A stretch of 64,000 nucleotides of DNA, from positions 96,001 to 160,000 of the forward strand of contig CBDUQR010000001.1 of the NCBI GenBank assembly GCA_965369655.1. The letters run 5' to 3'. A model generated the notes under the pieces. That model had not been told where the DNA came from. It saw only the letters and a program-made list of their open reading frames with translations, and did not search any database. Of this stretch, positions 56,201 to 64,000 are shown piece by piece. The position numbers were made by a program, and so were the translations under genes. This DNA comes from an uncultured bacterium (lineage in GTDB: Bacteria; Zixibacteria; MSB-5A5; JAABVY01; JAHJOQ01). Position 1 is the first letter of the stretch, and each line of letters begins with the position of its first letter.

Positions 56201-56597
56201 GGGATATAAGCGCTCTGATCATATCCGTCGAATAGTTCTCACGATTCTCGTGCAAATTCTGTTCGAGCTGCAATGATGCGATCACGCGGTTTTCCAACTG
56301 CGGGTACTTGCGCTCGACCCGGCGCGACATCGTTTCAAGCGATGGTCTGAACATAACCGGCACGATCAGACACCTGGCAATCAGGAATACCAGAAACAAT
56401 ACCACAATGCCGACAAAGACCGATCTGACGGTAACATCAAGGTAGAACAGGGCATGCATCAGGTTGGCGACAGCGAACGCGATCAGCAGGGCTGTCGCGA
56501 TGAGAACTATAGCGTACACCGACCGACAGAGAACGACATATCGCCTGAGACCTTTGAGTCTCCGCGTCAGCGAGATCATGTCATCGCGGATCGACAT
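53202..56597 (-). CDS. DUF4175-like membrane-anchored Ig + long coiled-coil protein
   Basis: N-terminal TMs, 'YPKYT', 'D..PEI', 'DDFG', 'FDND', Q/E-rich coils, terminal 'PPEYEEIIKDYF'. Confidence 0.8.
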   Translation of the reverse strand: MSIRDDMISLTRRLKGLRRYVVLCRSVYAIVLIATALLIAFAVANLMHALFYLDVTVRSVFVGIVVLFLVFLIARCLIVPVMFRPSLETMSRRVERKYPQLENRVIASLQLEQNLHENRENYSTDMIRALISRTSGMIDSLNLKSSYSNRKLTALLKYFGAAAAVTLLLAILTPGLFWSSFYVFSHPLEEIELPRTYELTVAPGDKELLKYDPLELTVIVRGEKLPDRAEIFWDNSGEGKWRSDELEKKIIPGASPGIVNALGISPDSNVFTYKFKEVRHDFVYFVMAGREESIQFNVTVVDKPRITGLKLTYMYPKYTRLKPLVIDENDGNIQALRGTKVNVELTANKPVEQGALLFSDGSRIDLECDHEVSTATIKVETDLSYHAEVTDRSGYGNPNPIEYRVTVLDDAFPEIYMVSPSGNVDLDEDMAVRLIANLVDDFGFTKLLLNYTVHLTATEEWKQSEKIEISGYKPEQQIDYFWDLANVGLLPGSWIEYYLEVFDNDFVIGPKSTTGPVMAVRLPTLGEIFSEIESSREDQMNEYVEALKQQERIGEEFREMTQALRLEKELDWEDKKAFESVAERQEQLLNEYEELAKQFEETNQEAKKNQLLTLQMIQKIEELQKLFEEVATPEMKEAMKKLQEALAKMDKEAVEKAMENFDMSLEDVLQNIERAIAQLKQLQADQMMQDMIRQAEEILRNQQKVNERTEKSDREKLPDLSPKEQQVRNSLEDLKRKSDELEKLFKEAKMDSSPHSKSFCRATRESGAEKDMEEMTASLSDSEKLDAMMSGDSAEQKLMEMLEQMQDAQMALSQQMGQQMAKEMRKALDDVFYLTDKQEEILGDVGRYEMQSSELRKLAEEQQVLQSQASALRQKLIDIAKESVFMQSQIDKLMKQCMSGMSRSTSSLTEMQASQAIGSQKNTIGSLNQASRVIMESLNNQQQCNSSCNKPNQSMFQKMNKTCKQQKRINQQSQNMCNNPNQRGQGDKSMLERLSAEQSAVRKSVQQLQEELGDRKQIKGRLENMAEEMRRVVEALEQGGVTDETLERQNKIYQRMLDFQLSMERQDYSETRRASRAEQILRMGPDPLDEAAQVGSESYERRLQKFLEEGYPPEYEEIIKDYFKAIMEVDR

Positions 56598-56610
56598 AAC
56601 TACATACCTT

Positions 56611-57306
56611 TCAATTCATTAAAGCCCACGTCAATATGTTAACGCCCATTCTCAGAGCCAGTTCCCTCAACTCCGGCGGGTCGTTGTGCACCTGCGGATC
56701 CTCCCAGCCATCACCGATGTCCGACTCATACACTAACAGCGCAACAAGTCGTCCTTCTGAATACCAGCCGAACGCCTGCGGAGCCTTGCCGTCATGCTCA
56801 TGTATTTTCGGCAATCCGTTCGGAAAAGTGTAGTAGCAGGTGAAAATGCCGTGATCGAACGGCAGTTCGACAGGTTCGACATCGGGAAAAACTTTTCTCA
56901 TCGAGACAAAGAACGACTCCCTGAGACCATACGAATCGTTCGCCAGAAGGAATCCCCCCGCACTCAGGTACCGATTGAGTCTGAGAGCCTCGTCATCCGA
57001 CAGCCTTATCGGTCCGTGGCCAGTCAGATACAGGAAAGGATAGTTGAACAGTCTCTCATCGCCCAATGTAACCCGCACTTCATCATTGGAGATCGGAATC
57101 CTGGTGTTCTGCTGAATGAAGTCAATCAGATTCGGAAGCGACGAATTCCCCCAGTACCAATCACCACCACCGAAATACTTCAAGCGTGCGATGGTAACCC
57201 GACTCGGATTCGTCTCCTTCTTCGCATGCAACTCTGAAAATGGAATCACAAAGACTATGGCAGCCATGATTCCTGCGATCCAGGCAGTGTTATTGCGATA
57301 ATTCAT
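56611..57306 (-). CDS. DUF4159 domain protein
   Basis: IARLKY.GGGDWY, YPFLYLTGHG, GGFL, GLPKIHEHDG, DIGDGWED, MGVNI. Confidence 0.9.
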   Translation of the reverse strand: MNYRNNTAWIAGIMAAIVFVIPFSELHAKKETNPSRVTIARLKYFGGGDWYWGNSSLPNLIDFIQQNTRIPISNDEVRVTLGDERLFNYPFLYLTGHGPIRLSDDEALRLNRYLSAGGFLLANDSYGLRESFFVSMRKVFPDVEPVELPFDHGIFTCYYTFPNGLPKIHEHDGKAPQAFGWYSEGRLVALLVYESDIGDGWEDPQVHNDPPELRELALRMGVNILTWALMN

Positions 57307-57436
57307 ATTTGGTTATACGTCTCCCGACATGAAAAGATCAGTATATCAGCCGTGCGAATCCGACGCTTCACGCATTCGACGACTCCCACAAGGTACCCTG
57401 ATTTCAACCAATGTCAACAGGTAGTTAAGAATGACT

Positions 57437-57697
57437 TGTAGGTCAATCGGCCTGCTAAGTCCTGAGCCTTGAAGGGTCCGATTGACATCTTCTCTCAATT
57501 GTCAAGCGCGAGCGCGCTTGACCTACTTTCCGTGCTCGTCGGGGCTGTGCCCCGACGCAATACGCAGGAGCACAGCTCCTGCGCGCACACCGAGAGGGGC
57601 AAGTCGGTATTGTCGTCATCACGAGGAGCGACAGCGACGTGGTGATCTCAGTTCATGCAATAGATATCCACCCGACGCTACGCTCTGGGTGGGTTAC
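57437..57697. repeat. Mixed REP cluster
   Basis: GTAGGTCAA...TTGACCTAC, GTCCTGAGCCTTGAAGG, CGTC unit 57614-57649, CCACCCGACG..CTGGGTGG. Confidence 0.75.
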
Positions 57698-57701
57698 CGG
57701 T

Positions 57702-59396
57702 TTAGTACTGTACCGACCAGACTTTAATCGCAGAATTTGCAAATGCCTCTTGCCTATTGGCAATTTCTGATACAGTCCAAGAATCAAGACCCATGAGATT
57801 ATTTGTTATCACTATATCTGATTCAGCGAAGATCTTCTTCTTATCTGAGAAAGATGCGTTGCCGATACCCCTGTTTTTCGTCTTTTCCAGAAGCGCCATA
57901 TTGCCGAGCCGATTTACATAGTCGCTGTACTCGTCCTCCGATTCAGCAGCATCCAACCAATGCTCTGATCTAGTCTTTGGCATAATATGTTCAAGAGTGA
58001 CTTTAGTTTCATCATCCAGCACTTCTAGCTCTCCACTACCTTGAATGTCGTTGGCAATAGCAGTAATAATAAATCGAGCCAGCTTTGAATTCCCTATACT
58101 CTTCTCGGTGAAGTCATCGTAAAACCTGTTACTATCGGGGTAGATTCCACTGAGCATTTCAAATACCTGCTTTGCAGATCGAGCCTTATTATTACTTATG
58201 GAGATAGCTGCATCCGAATACGCTTTCTCAATATTACCTGTGCCAAGTGAACCTATGATGCTGTATCGCATTGAAACAACGACTATTATTCTGAGTAGCT
58301 TGACAATCTCTTTGGTGGCCAACATGTCGAGTGCAGTCATCAACAAAGGTCGGAACTGCTTCAACCCAAAGAGCTGCAGAGTTTCAAGGTCCTTCCGGGC
58401 TTGACTTGGATAACCTGACCAGATATCATGGTCAACATTGGAAATCGCAGCATAGTTATTGGCCGCACCCCCTAGTTCTGACATCAATGTTAACACAGAG
58501 TTCTTGTTTGTGAATTTCGATTTCATCTCTTTGAAAAGATCACGTTCTCTTACTACCCCGTACCTTGACAGCCAATAGTGACGAAGAAATTGAGTTTCAC
58601 TCTGACTGCTGAGTATGGTGACAATCTGAATCCACTTGATCCTGACTGCTTCCAAATCAGAACCTGCCTTGCCAAAGATGTAGTTTTTCAATAGGTCACT
58701 CATCGATAGTTCAAGCCCTCTATCGTTCAGAGTCTCGAATATTAGGTACGCGTCAGCTTCATCGTCAACCAATACAACAATCATCATTACCGAATCTCTA
58801 ATAAACTCCTCAAGAGCAATGAGATAATTCTCGAAACTCTTTTGTGGTTTGCATCTATTTGAAACACTTTCGCGCAAGTATTTAGCAGCTTTACTGAGCA
58901 ATTGATTCGACCGCAGTTCTGTCTTGTCACCTGCGGCTTTCTTCAGTTCATCATCAGTTGCTTCATTGATTACAAGTTTTTGAAATGAAGCTTCATTCAC
59001 TTCGTTTAGAGTAAGCCGGGATTCGAACGTGCGAGAGCGCCTATCACGCGATCCAAGGAACTCTTGGTACACTTCATCGCTTCTGTCATCTTCATAATCC
59101 TTGTAAACAGATCTGATACCCGAGAGAATCATGGTTAATGTCACCAATCTCTGCTGACCATCAATAATGGTTCTCGTCTTGTCATCTCTATTCTCTTGAA
59201 CCACAATTGTGCCGAGGAAATACTCCCCTCTGCCTTCGTCCATTGCCTCATTGATGTCTACCCAAAGCTGCTCAACTTCATCATGAGTCCACGAGAAGTT
59301 GCGCTGATGGGGTGGAACTTTGTATTTGAAGTCAGTCTTGAATATCTGACCCGCTGCCCACAAATCGCTTTTTATCTGAACCTTCTTCGCGCTCAT
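57702..59396 (-). CDS. GmrSD-family (DUF262 + DUF1524/HNH) modification-dependent restriction endonuclease
   Basis: VPPHQRNFSW, IIDGQQR, FETLNDRG, DLLKN, TLEHIMP, LGNMALL..N; AT-rich. Confidence 0.9.
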   Translation of the reverse strand: MSAKKVQIKSDLWAAGQIFKTDFKYKVPPHQRNFSWTHDEVEQLWVDINEAMDEGRGEYFLGTIVVQENRDDKTRTIIDGQQRLVTLTMILSGIRSVYKDYEDDRSDEVYQEFLGSRDRRSRTFESRLTLNEVNEASFQKLVINEATDDELKKAAGDKTELRSNQLLSKAAKYLRESVSNRCKPQKSFENYLIALEEFIRDSVMMIVVLVDDEADAYLIFETLNDRGLELSMSDLLKNYIFGKAGSDLEAVRIKWIQIVTILSSQSETQFLRHYWLSRYGVVRERDLFKEMKSKFTNKNSVLTLMSELGGAANNYAAISNVDHDIWSGYPSQARKDLETLQLFGLKQFRPLLMTALDMLATKEIVKLLRIIVVVSMRYSIIGSLGTGNIEKAYSDAAISISNNKARSAKQVFEMLSGIYPDSNRFYDDFTEKSIGNSKLARFIITAIANDIQGSGELEVLDDETKVTLEHIMPKTRSEHWLDAAESEDEYSDYVNRLGNMALLEKTKNRGIGNASFSDKKKIFAESDIVITNNLMGLDSWTVSEIANRQEAFANSAIKVWSVQY

Positions 59397-59584
59397 GCCA
59401 TTACTCCCATTCTATTAATCGAGTAAGTCAAAACTCTTATGCTTTCAGCATCCCCGATTCCCCGGTCCCTACATATCGTTGTCGATTCAATGATGCTAAT
59501 ACAGATCAATAATAATCAATCGCTTTGCATGGATCAAGCTAATTGCAGCAAATCAACAGCCCACACGCACCTTATGTATCTCGC

Positions 59585-59920
59585 CGTCATTGCGAGCGAC
59601 CGAAGGGAACGTGGCAATCTCATGTTGGGTATCACATTGCATGAACTGAGATCACCACGTCGCTTCCGCTCCTCGTGATGACGACAACACAGACACGCGT
59701 CCAAATGCGTCTTTCAACAAGCCCGCAAGCCGGGATGACATAGACGTAGCGCTTGTCTTCGCGAGAAGCGGAAGCGATGTATTGATCTCACTAGTCACCC
59801 TTACATGTAACATCGCGTTCGTCACCCCTGCGTAGGCAGGGGTCCAGACAAGTCTGTCGAGTTCGTAGCGCTTTCTCATTCTGAATCTGGTTCTGGATTC
59901 CCGCCTTCGCGGGAATGACG
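59585..59920. repeat. REP cluster (two inverted CGTC-type doublets plus a degenerate unit)
   Basis: CGTCATTGCGAG...CTCGTGATGACG (59585-59683); CGTCACCCCTGCGTAGGCAGGGGTCCA...TGGATTCCCGCCTTCGCGGGAATGACG (59820-59920). Confidence 0.8.
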
Positions 59921-59941
59921 AGGGCTGGAAATCGACCTGTA

Positions 59942-60499
59942 TTACAACGATTTCCACTCCTGCCGCAGGAGACTGAAATGCAGCCGGTCGATCCAGCGAT
60001 CCTGCCAGCGGATTATCTCGCGATCCTTGCCCTCCAGAGCAAAACCCAGCTTCTCGGCTATGCGAATCACTCGGTGATTGAACGAGTAGGCAGCAAAGGC
60101 AAGGCGGTGGATTTCGGAATTGTCGAACAGATAATCGATCCACAGATGCAATGCCTCAGTGCCGTAACCGCAATTGAGTTTGTCGTCCTCGCAAATGTCG
60201 ATGCCAATGTTCCAGGATTGCGGAAATCGCTTCTCTTCGTAGCGGTTGACCCAGCCAATGGGAATGCTATCATCAAGTGCGACAATCATACGGTGGCGAG
60301 GCTTGGTAGGTTCACCGAGGAAACCGTCGCGAAAACGACTTTCAATCTTGTCAGGATCTTTGGGCATCATTGCCCTCTCCCAGGGCGCGTCAAATTCACG
60401 CCATGTACCTTGCTGCATCCAACAGCGATAGGCGTGAAGATCAGAAGGAATGGCATCACGAAGGATGACAGAGTTACCCTTCAGGATAAGCGATGGCAT
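59942..60499 (-). CDS. GNAT N-acetyltransferase (RimJ/RimL type)
   Basis: IGWV, IGIDI, GYGTEAL, N.R..RIAEKLGF..EG. Confidence 0.88.
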   Translation of the reverse strand: MPSLILKGNSVILRDAIPSDLHAYRCWMQQGTWREFDAPWERAMMPKDPDKIESRFRDGFLGEPTKPRHRMIVALDDSIPIGWVNRYEEKRFPQSWNIGIDICEDDKLNCGYGTEALHLWIDYLFDNSEIHRLAFAAYSFNHRVIRIAEKLGFALEGKDREIIRWQDRWIDRLHFSLLRQEWKSL

Positions 60500-60506
60500 G
60501 CAGGCT

Positions 60507-61124
60507 CTATATCCCCCACGGATAGTAGTGCCGTTCGACACAATAGATGCCTGAAGTCGCAGTCGTCAAATCAGCTTCGAACTGTAGCGTGTCCTCGCTC
60601 GGCTCCATATACGGTTCGATAACTTTGATCGTATACACAGCCGGAGGAAGATTCGATATCTGGTAGTCGATGTCGAACAGGCAATTGCAGTCGCATCCGC
60701 CATTATCGAGCGAGTCGATTTCCTCAATGATGATGAGATTATCCTCGACTGAGAACTCAGCGACAAACACCGGACAACAGTTCAGACCGGCGTTGATATG
60801 TGTGATGTCGAGGACCGACTCACCGTCGTAGGTGTAATCAATGCAGTCGAGAGTGGTCGGAAAAGTGTCGGGCTCCGCGCCTTTCATCATATACTTGCAC
60901 TCACCGCCGCCGATAACTACACCTGACGGTTGCGACGGATCACACGGCGCAGGTCCGCCACCGAATATGTACGCGATCAGGTACACGACATCATCGATAT
61001 CAACACTACCTGAGCAGTTTGGATCGCCCGTCGAGTAGACATCTCCGCTGGCTGAAACAGCCAGCACAGCGAACATCGCAACAAGACAGACGGCAACCCG
61101 ACACAGTCTTTCTATCTGGATCAT
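60507..61124 (-). CDS. Secreted protein: N-terminal dockerin-like domain + Cys-rich domain (paralog A)
   Basis: SD GGAGG; GDPNCSGSVDIDDVVYLIAYIFGGGPAPC; NCCP, CDCNCLFD. Confidence 0.85.
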   Translation of the reverse strand: MIQIERLCRVAVCLVAMFAVLAVSASGDVYSTGDPNCSGSVDIDDVVYLIAYIFGGGPAPCDPSQPSGVVIGGGECKYMMKGAEPDTFPTTLDCIDYTYDGESVLDITHINAGLNCCPVFVAEFSVEDNLIIIEEIDSLDNGGCDCNCLFDIDYQISNLPPAVYTIKVIEPYMEPSEDTLQFEADLTTATSGIYCVERHYYPWGI

Positions 61125-61220
61125 ATCAGACCTCCATGTTTTTGGGACTACAGCACACTCCGTCGGATTCGTAACATCCGACCGGAATCGTATTCGTCAG
61201 AATGAGAAACCGCGCAGGCT

Positions 61221-61835
61221 CTACGTCCCCCACGGATAGTAGTACCGCTCGATGCAATGGATGCCCGATGTTGCGGTCGTCAGGTCGACTTCAAACTGTA
61301 GCGTGTCTTCGTCCGGCCAGATATACGGCTCGATCACTTTGATCGTATACACAGCCGGAGGAAGATTCGATATCTGGTAGACGATGTCAAACAGGCAATT
61401 GCAATAACATCCGCCCATGTAGAGAGAGTCGATCTCCTCAATGATGATAAGATTCTCCTCGACCGTGAACTCAGCAACGAACACCGGGCAACAGTTCAGA
61501 CCGGCGTTGATGTGTGTGATGTCGAGGACCGACTCACCGTCGTAGGTATAATCGATGCAATCGAGAGTGGTCGGAAAAGTGTCGGGCTCCACGCCTTTCA
61601 TGTACTTGCACTCACCGCCGCCGATAACTACACCTGACGGTTGCGACGGATCACACGGCGCAGGACCGCCACCGAATATGTACGTGATCAGGTACACGAC
61701 ATCATCGATGTCGACAATACCCGAGCAATCCGGATCGCCAGTCGAATAGCTGTCTCCACTGGCCGTAACGGCCAGCACAGCGAATACAGTAACAAGACAA
61801 ACCGCAACTCGACACAGTCTTTCTATCTGGATCAT
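61221..61835 (-). CDS. Secreted dockerin-like + Cys-rich domain protein (paralog B)
   Basis: Highly similar to 60507-61124, including SD region. Confidence 0.85.
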   Translation of the reverse strand: MIQIERLCRVAVCLVTVFAVLAVTASGDSYSTGDPDCSGIVDIDDVVYLITYIFGGGPAPCDPSQPSGVVIGGGECKYMKGVEPDTFPTTLDCIDYTYDGESVLDITHINAGLNCCPVFVAEFTVEENLIIIEEIDSLYMGGCYCNCLFDIVYQISNLPPAVYTIKVIEPYIWPDEDTLQFEVDLTTATSGIHCIERYYYPWGT

Positions 61836-61940
61836 CTCAGACCTCCATGTTTCTGGAACTGCAATTAAGCTACAATAAATGGATCGATTTGTCAATATGA
61901 AAAATGTGTGCTGAGATCAGATTGAAAGGCGTAATCTCAC

Positions 61941-62807
61941 TTATGCAGTAATGAACAAATCGGCGAATGACTGACCGACATCTCCGAACGCCATGAGAAC
62001 TGCACCCACTATCAGCAGCAGGACAATCGCTAACTTTATCAGGTCCTGTCCTTTGAGACTTCCGAGAAGGAGCGGTTCGCGCGAGAGGTATGCTGATGCG
62101 GCGTAAAGCTCTTCCCCCATGATCGTGTAGTCACAGGAAGCTATGAAGAACGGGAGTTGCTCCGGGTTCGCGGTGCCGGCGATCTGGATTGCACCGGTGG
62201 CGTTGCCGGTTTCCGCAAGCAGTAACGATTCAGCAAAGAACGATCCCATAAAGATATTCGCGGCAGGCCTGTCCCGCATCATAATGCCGCTGATCGCAGC
62301 GGCGAATGCAAACTGTTCGCCCGCTATGTAGCGGACCATATCCTCTTTGTAGGAGTCGGACTTGCCCGCATTTATGTATGCCTGCTTGACGATTTCCTGC
62401 CCTGCCGCAAACGCCAGCGGATAAAGAATCGGCACAAGCAACGGCGTGTCATATTCAGCCGTAACTGTCGCAACTCGGTCCAGGATCGACAGACCGGCTA
62501 TCGTCTGAATGTCATCAAGGTCCTGAATCCCCGGCACGAAGAGAATCGATCTGCCCATCTCGGTCGCCCTGCCGACAGCCTCATCGACAGCGTCGAGCCC
62601 CGGCAGTTTTCGGATGAACAAGTTCGAGTCTTTCCTCGCCCGACTGATATAAAAGAGCACCGACGCGGAAAAAACGAGTACCAGGACAAGAGCATTTGTC
62701 CTATCCAGCCTGAAAATACTCGCGCTGTCGCCGAGAGCAACCTGCGCTGCAGCCGCGACAATGGCCAGAACCGCAAAGAGAATCGCTACAAGACGAGAGA
62801 CTGTCAC
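61941..62807 (-). CDS. DUF6754-like membrane protein
   Basis: IRKLPGLDAVDEAVGRATEMGR, FFAESLLLAETG, QLPFF..CDY..MGEELYAASAYLS. Confidence 0.8.
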   Translation of the reverse strand: MTVSRLVAILFAVLAIVAAAAQVALGDSASIFRLDRTNALVLVLVFSASVLFYISRARKDSNLFIRKLPGLDAVDEAVGRATEMGRSILFVPGIQDLDDIQTIAGLSILDRVATVTAEYDTPLLVPILYPLAFAAGQEIVKQAYINAGKSDSYKEDMVRYIAGEQFAFAAAISGIMMRDRPAANIFMGSFFAESLLLAETGNATGAIQIAGTANPEQLPFFIASCDYTIMGEELYAASAYLSREPLLLGSLKGQDLIKLAIVLLLIVGAVLMAFGDVGQSFADLFITA

Positions 62808-63865
62808 GCTTTCTCCAGTTCGCTCTTGAGATAGTCGATAACTTTCACCGGCGACGGGTCGGTTTCGTTGAGCATCGCAAGATAGAAACTCGCAAAATCT
62901 CCGAGCTGGATCAGCGAGATCATTCTGGAAAGCAGGTTGCCTCCGTCTGAGACAAGCTCGGCGACTTCGATATTTCTATCCTTCAGCCATCGCGCAACGA
63001 TCGTCATCCTCGCCGACACACGCGGATGGTCGTCGCCGTCACTCAAGATCACCACAGCGAGCCGATCCGCAAAGGGCTTGTATATCTCCCAGCCTACGAG
63101 TTCGTTATGATTGAACTCGGGAAACACGTTGGCAAAAGCGAGTTGTTTTGAATTTTCGCAGATTTGTCCTTTGAACCTGACCGCCACGGCATCAAAATGA
63201 TCCGGTCCTGCATAAATGATCGGTATCCTGCCGTGCATTGCCTGAGCCAGCCTGGCAGCCGCGTTGCCTGGTGAATCGATCGAATAAGATTCGGTCCGCT
63301 GGCGAGCGGAATCAGCCGCATCATCGAGATCATCGGCGCTGCCGGGGACGAAGCCGAGCCGGGACATCAGCACAAGAAGCGGGACGAAAGAATACGCGAG
63401 CGCCGCCCGGGGCATCATCCCTCCCGGAATCTTGATAATGGTCCAGTCATTCTCCGCAGCCATCTCCGCGAGCCTGCCGCCTGTTGTAATGCAGATGACT
63501 TTCGCGCCGAGCCGGGCAGCGTGAGACATCGCCGAAAGCGTCTCTTCTGTATTGCCCGAATAGCTTGATCCGATTATGAGGCTCTTGTCGGATACTAAAG
63601 ACGGAAGCGTGTAGTGGCGGCATATCGTAAACGATACCGTCAGTTTGTCGGCAACATAGCTTCTGACCAGGTCCGCACCGATGGCTGACCCGCCCATGCC
63701 GCATACGACAATATCCGAAACATCGTCGGCTGACAAGTCCGGCAGCAAAGCCGAAGTCGCTATCTTCTTTGCATCGATAAGATGACCCGGAAAACCCGTG
63801 ATATCTTCATACATCCCATCCGGATCGAACTGCTTCTGCTTCTCTTTCCAGAACTCGATATCCAT
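62804..63865 (-). CDS. Bifunctional phosphoglucose/phosphomannose isomerase (SIS)
   Basis: GMGGSAIG, SYSGNTEET, PRAAL, RFKGQICENSK, PEFNHNE. Confidence 0.93.
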   Translation of the reverse strand: MDIEFWKEKQKQFDPDGMYEDITGFPGHLIDAKKIATSALLPDLSADDVSDIVVCGMGGSAIGADLVRSYVADKLTVSFTICRHYTLPSLVSDKSLIIGSSYSGNTEETLSAMSHAARLGAKVICITTGGRLAEMAAENDWTIIKIPGGMMPRAALAYSFVPLLVLMSRLGFVPGSADDLDDAADSARQRTESYSIDSPGNAAARLAQAMHGRIPIIYAGPDHFDAVAVRFKGQICENSKQLAFANVFPEFNHNELVGWEIYKPFADRLAVVILSDGDDHPRVSARMTIVARWLKDRNIEVAELVSDGGNLLSRMISLIQLGDFASFYLAMLNETDPSPVKVIDYLKSELEKA

Positions 63866-63866
63866 T

Positions 63867-64000
63867 CTATCTACCTTTCACCGGCTTTTTGAATTGCCTG
63901 TGGTAATCATCGGCAAGTAGTTGCTCAATGCTCGCGGAACTCTGCATGTACAACACCTCTTGCGCGAACCTTTTCGCTTCACTGTAATCGATTTGAGAAA
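63867..64000 (-). CDS. ptsI: 3' end of a gene resembling PTS enzyme I (partial)
   Basis: SQIDYSEAKRFAQEVLYMQSSASIEQLL resembles the EI C-terminal helices; only 43 codons visible. Confidence 0.55.
   Translation of the reverse strand, partial: SQIDYSEAKRFAQEVLYMQSSASIEQLLADDYHRQFKKPVKGR

Noticed and set aside
59915-60622. 235-aa plus-strand ORF
   Set aside because: Antisense to the GNAT gene and starts inside a REP.
60507-61835. DGR template/variable repeat pair
   Set aside because: Differences are not adenine-specific, both copies are full genes, and no RT is present.
1-64000. CRISPR array, rRNA, tRNA, transposase, integrase, reverse transcriptase
   Set aside because: No regularly spaced repeats, cloverleaf signatures or catalytic motifs seen by eye; repeats are dispersed REP/MITE types. 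tRNAscan and Infernal would be needed to exclude RNAs fully.

Overview
A 64-kb stretch of a bacterial chromosome. GC is about 50-55% by eye, not computed. The organism is most likely a diderm of the FCB group. 'GDPNCSGSVDIDDVVYLIAYIFGGGPAPC' dockerin-like domains, DUF6754, a PorV-like/lamin-tail cluster and an N-terminal-only GlmU point to candidate phylum Zixibacteria; this assignment is inference. Most of the window is core genes: dgt, holA, pth-rpsF-rpsR-DUF2232-rplI, larE, pcrA/uvrD, glnA, pheA, rho, rsfS, glmU-N, panDCB, dnk, folKB, pgi/pmi and the ptsI 3' end. Signalling loci are an ECF sigma/anti-sigma/VIT-vWA trio, an NtrY/NtrX-like pair with a predicted sigma54 promoter, and a GAF-PAS histidine kinase plus Ser/Thr kinase-TPR. 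AT-richer accessory genes are an NT5C + membrane protein pair, putAbiC, GmrSD and an Ig-repeat lipoprotein; most sit next to dense REP/MITE clusters. Top findings: (1) an unannotated 24-aa peptide gene (MTYDLLIEELEEKVAPAGISLGGQ) with its own sigma70 promoter, structured leader, perfect SD and terminator, converging on the HK + kinase-TPR operon, a candidate peptide-signalling system; (2) a MITE family inserted at the centre of one specific palindrome with a 4-bp duplication, with three filled sites and one empty site visible; (3) a DapL-like aminotransferase lacking the PLP lysine; (4) an RNase HI-like protein lacking two catalytic acidic residues; (5) an aspS-like 5' stub cut by a repeat. No rRNA, tRNA, CRISPR array or transposase gene was seen. 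Family assignments come from motif recognition, not database searches.
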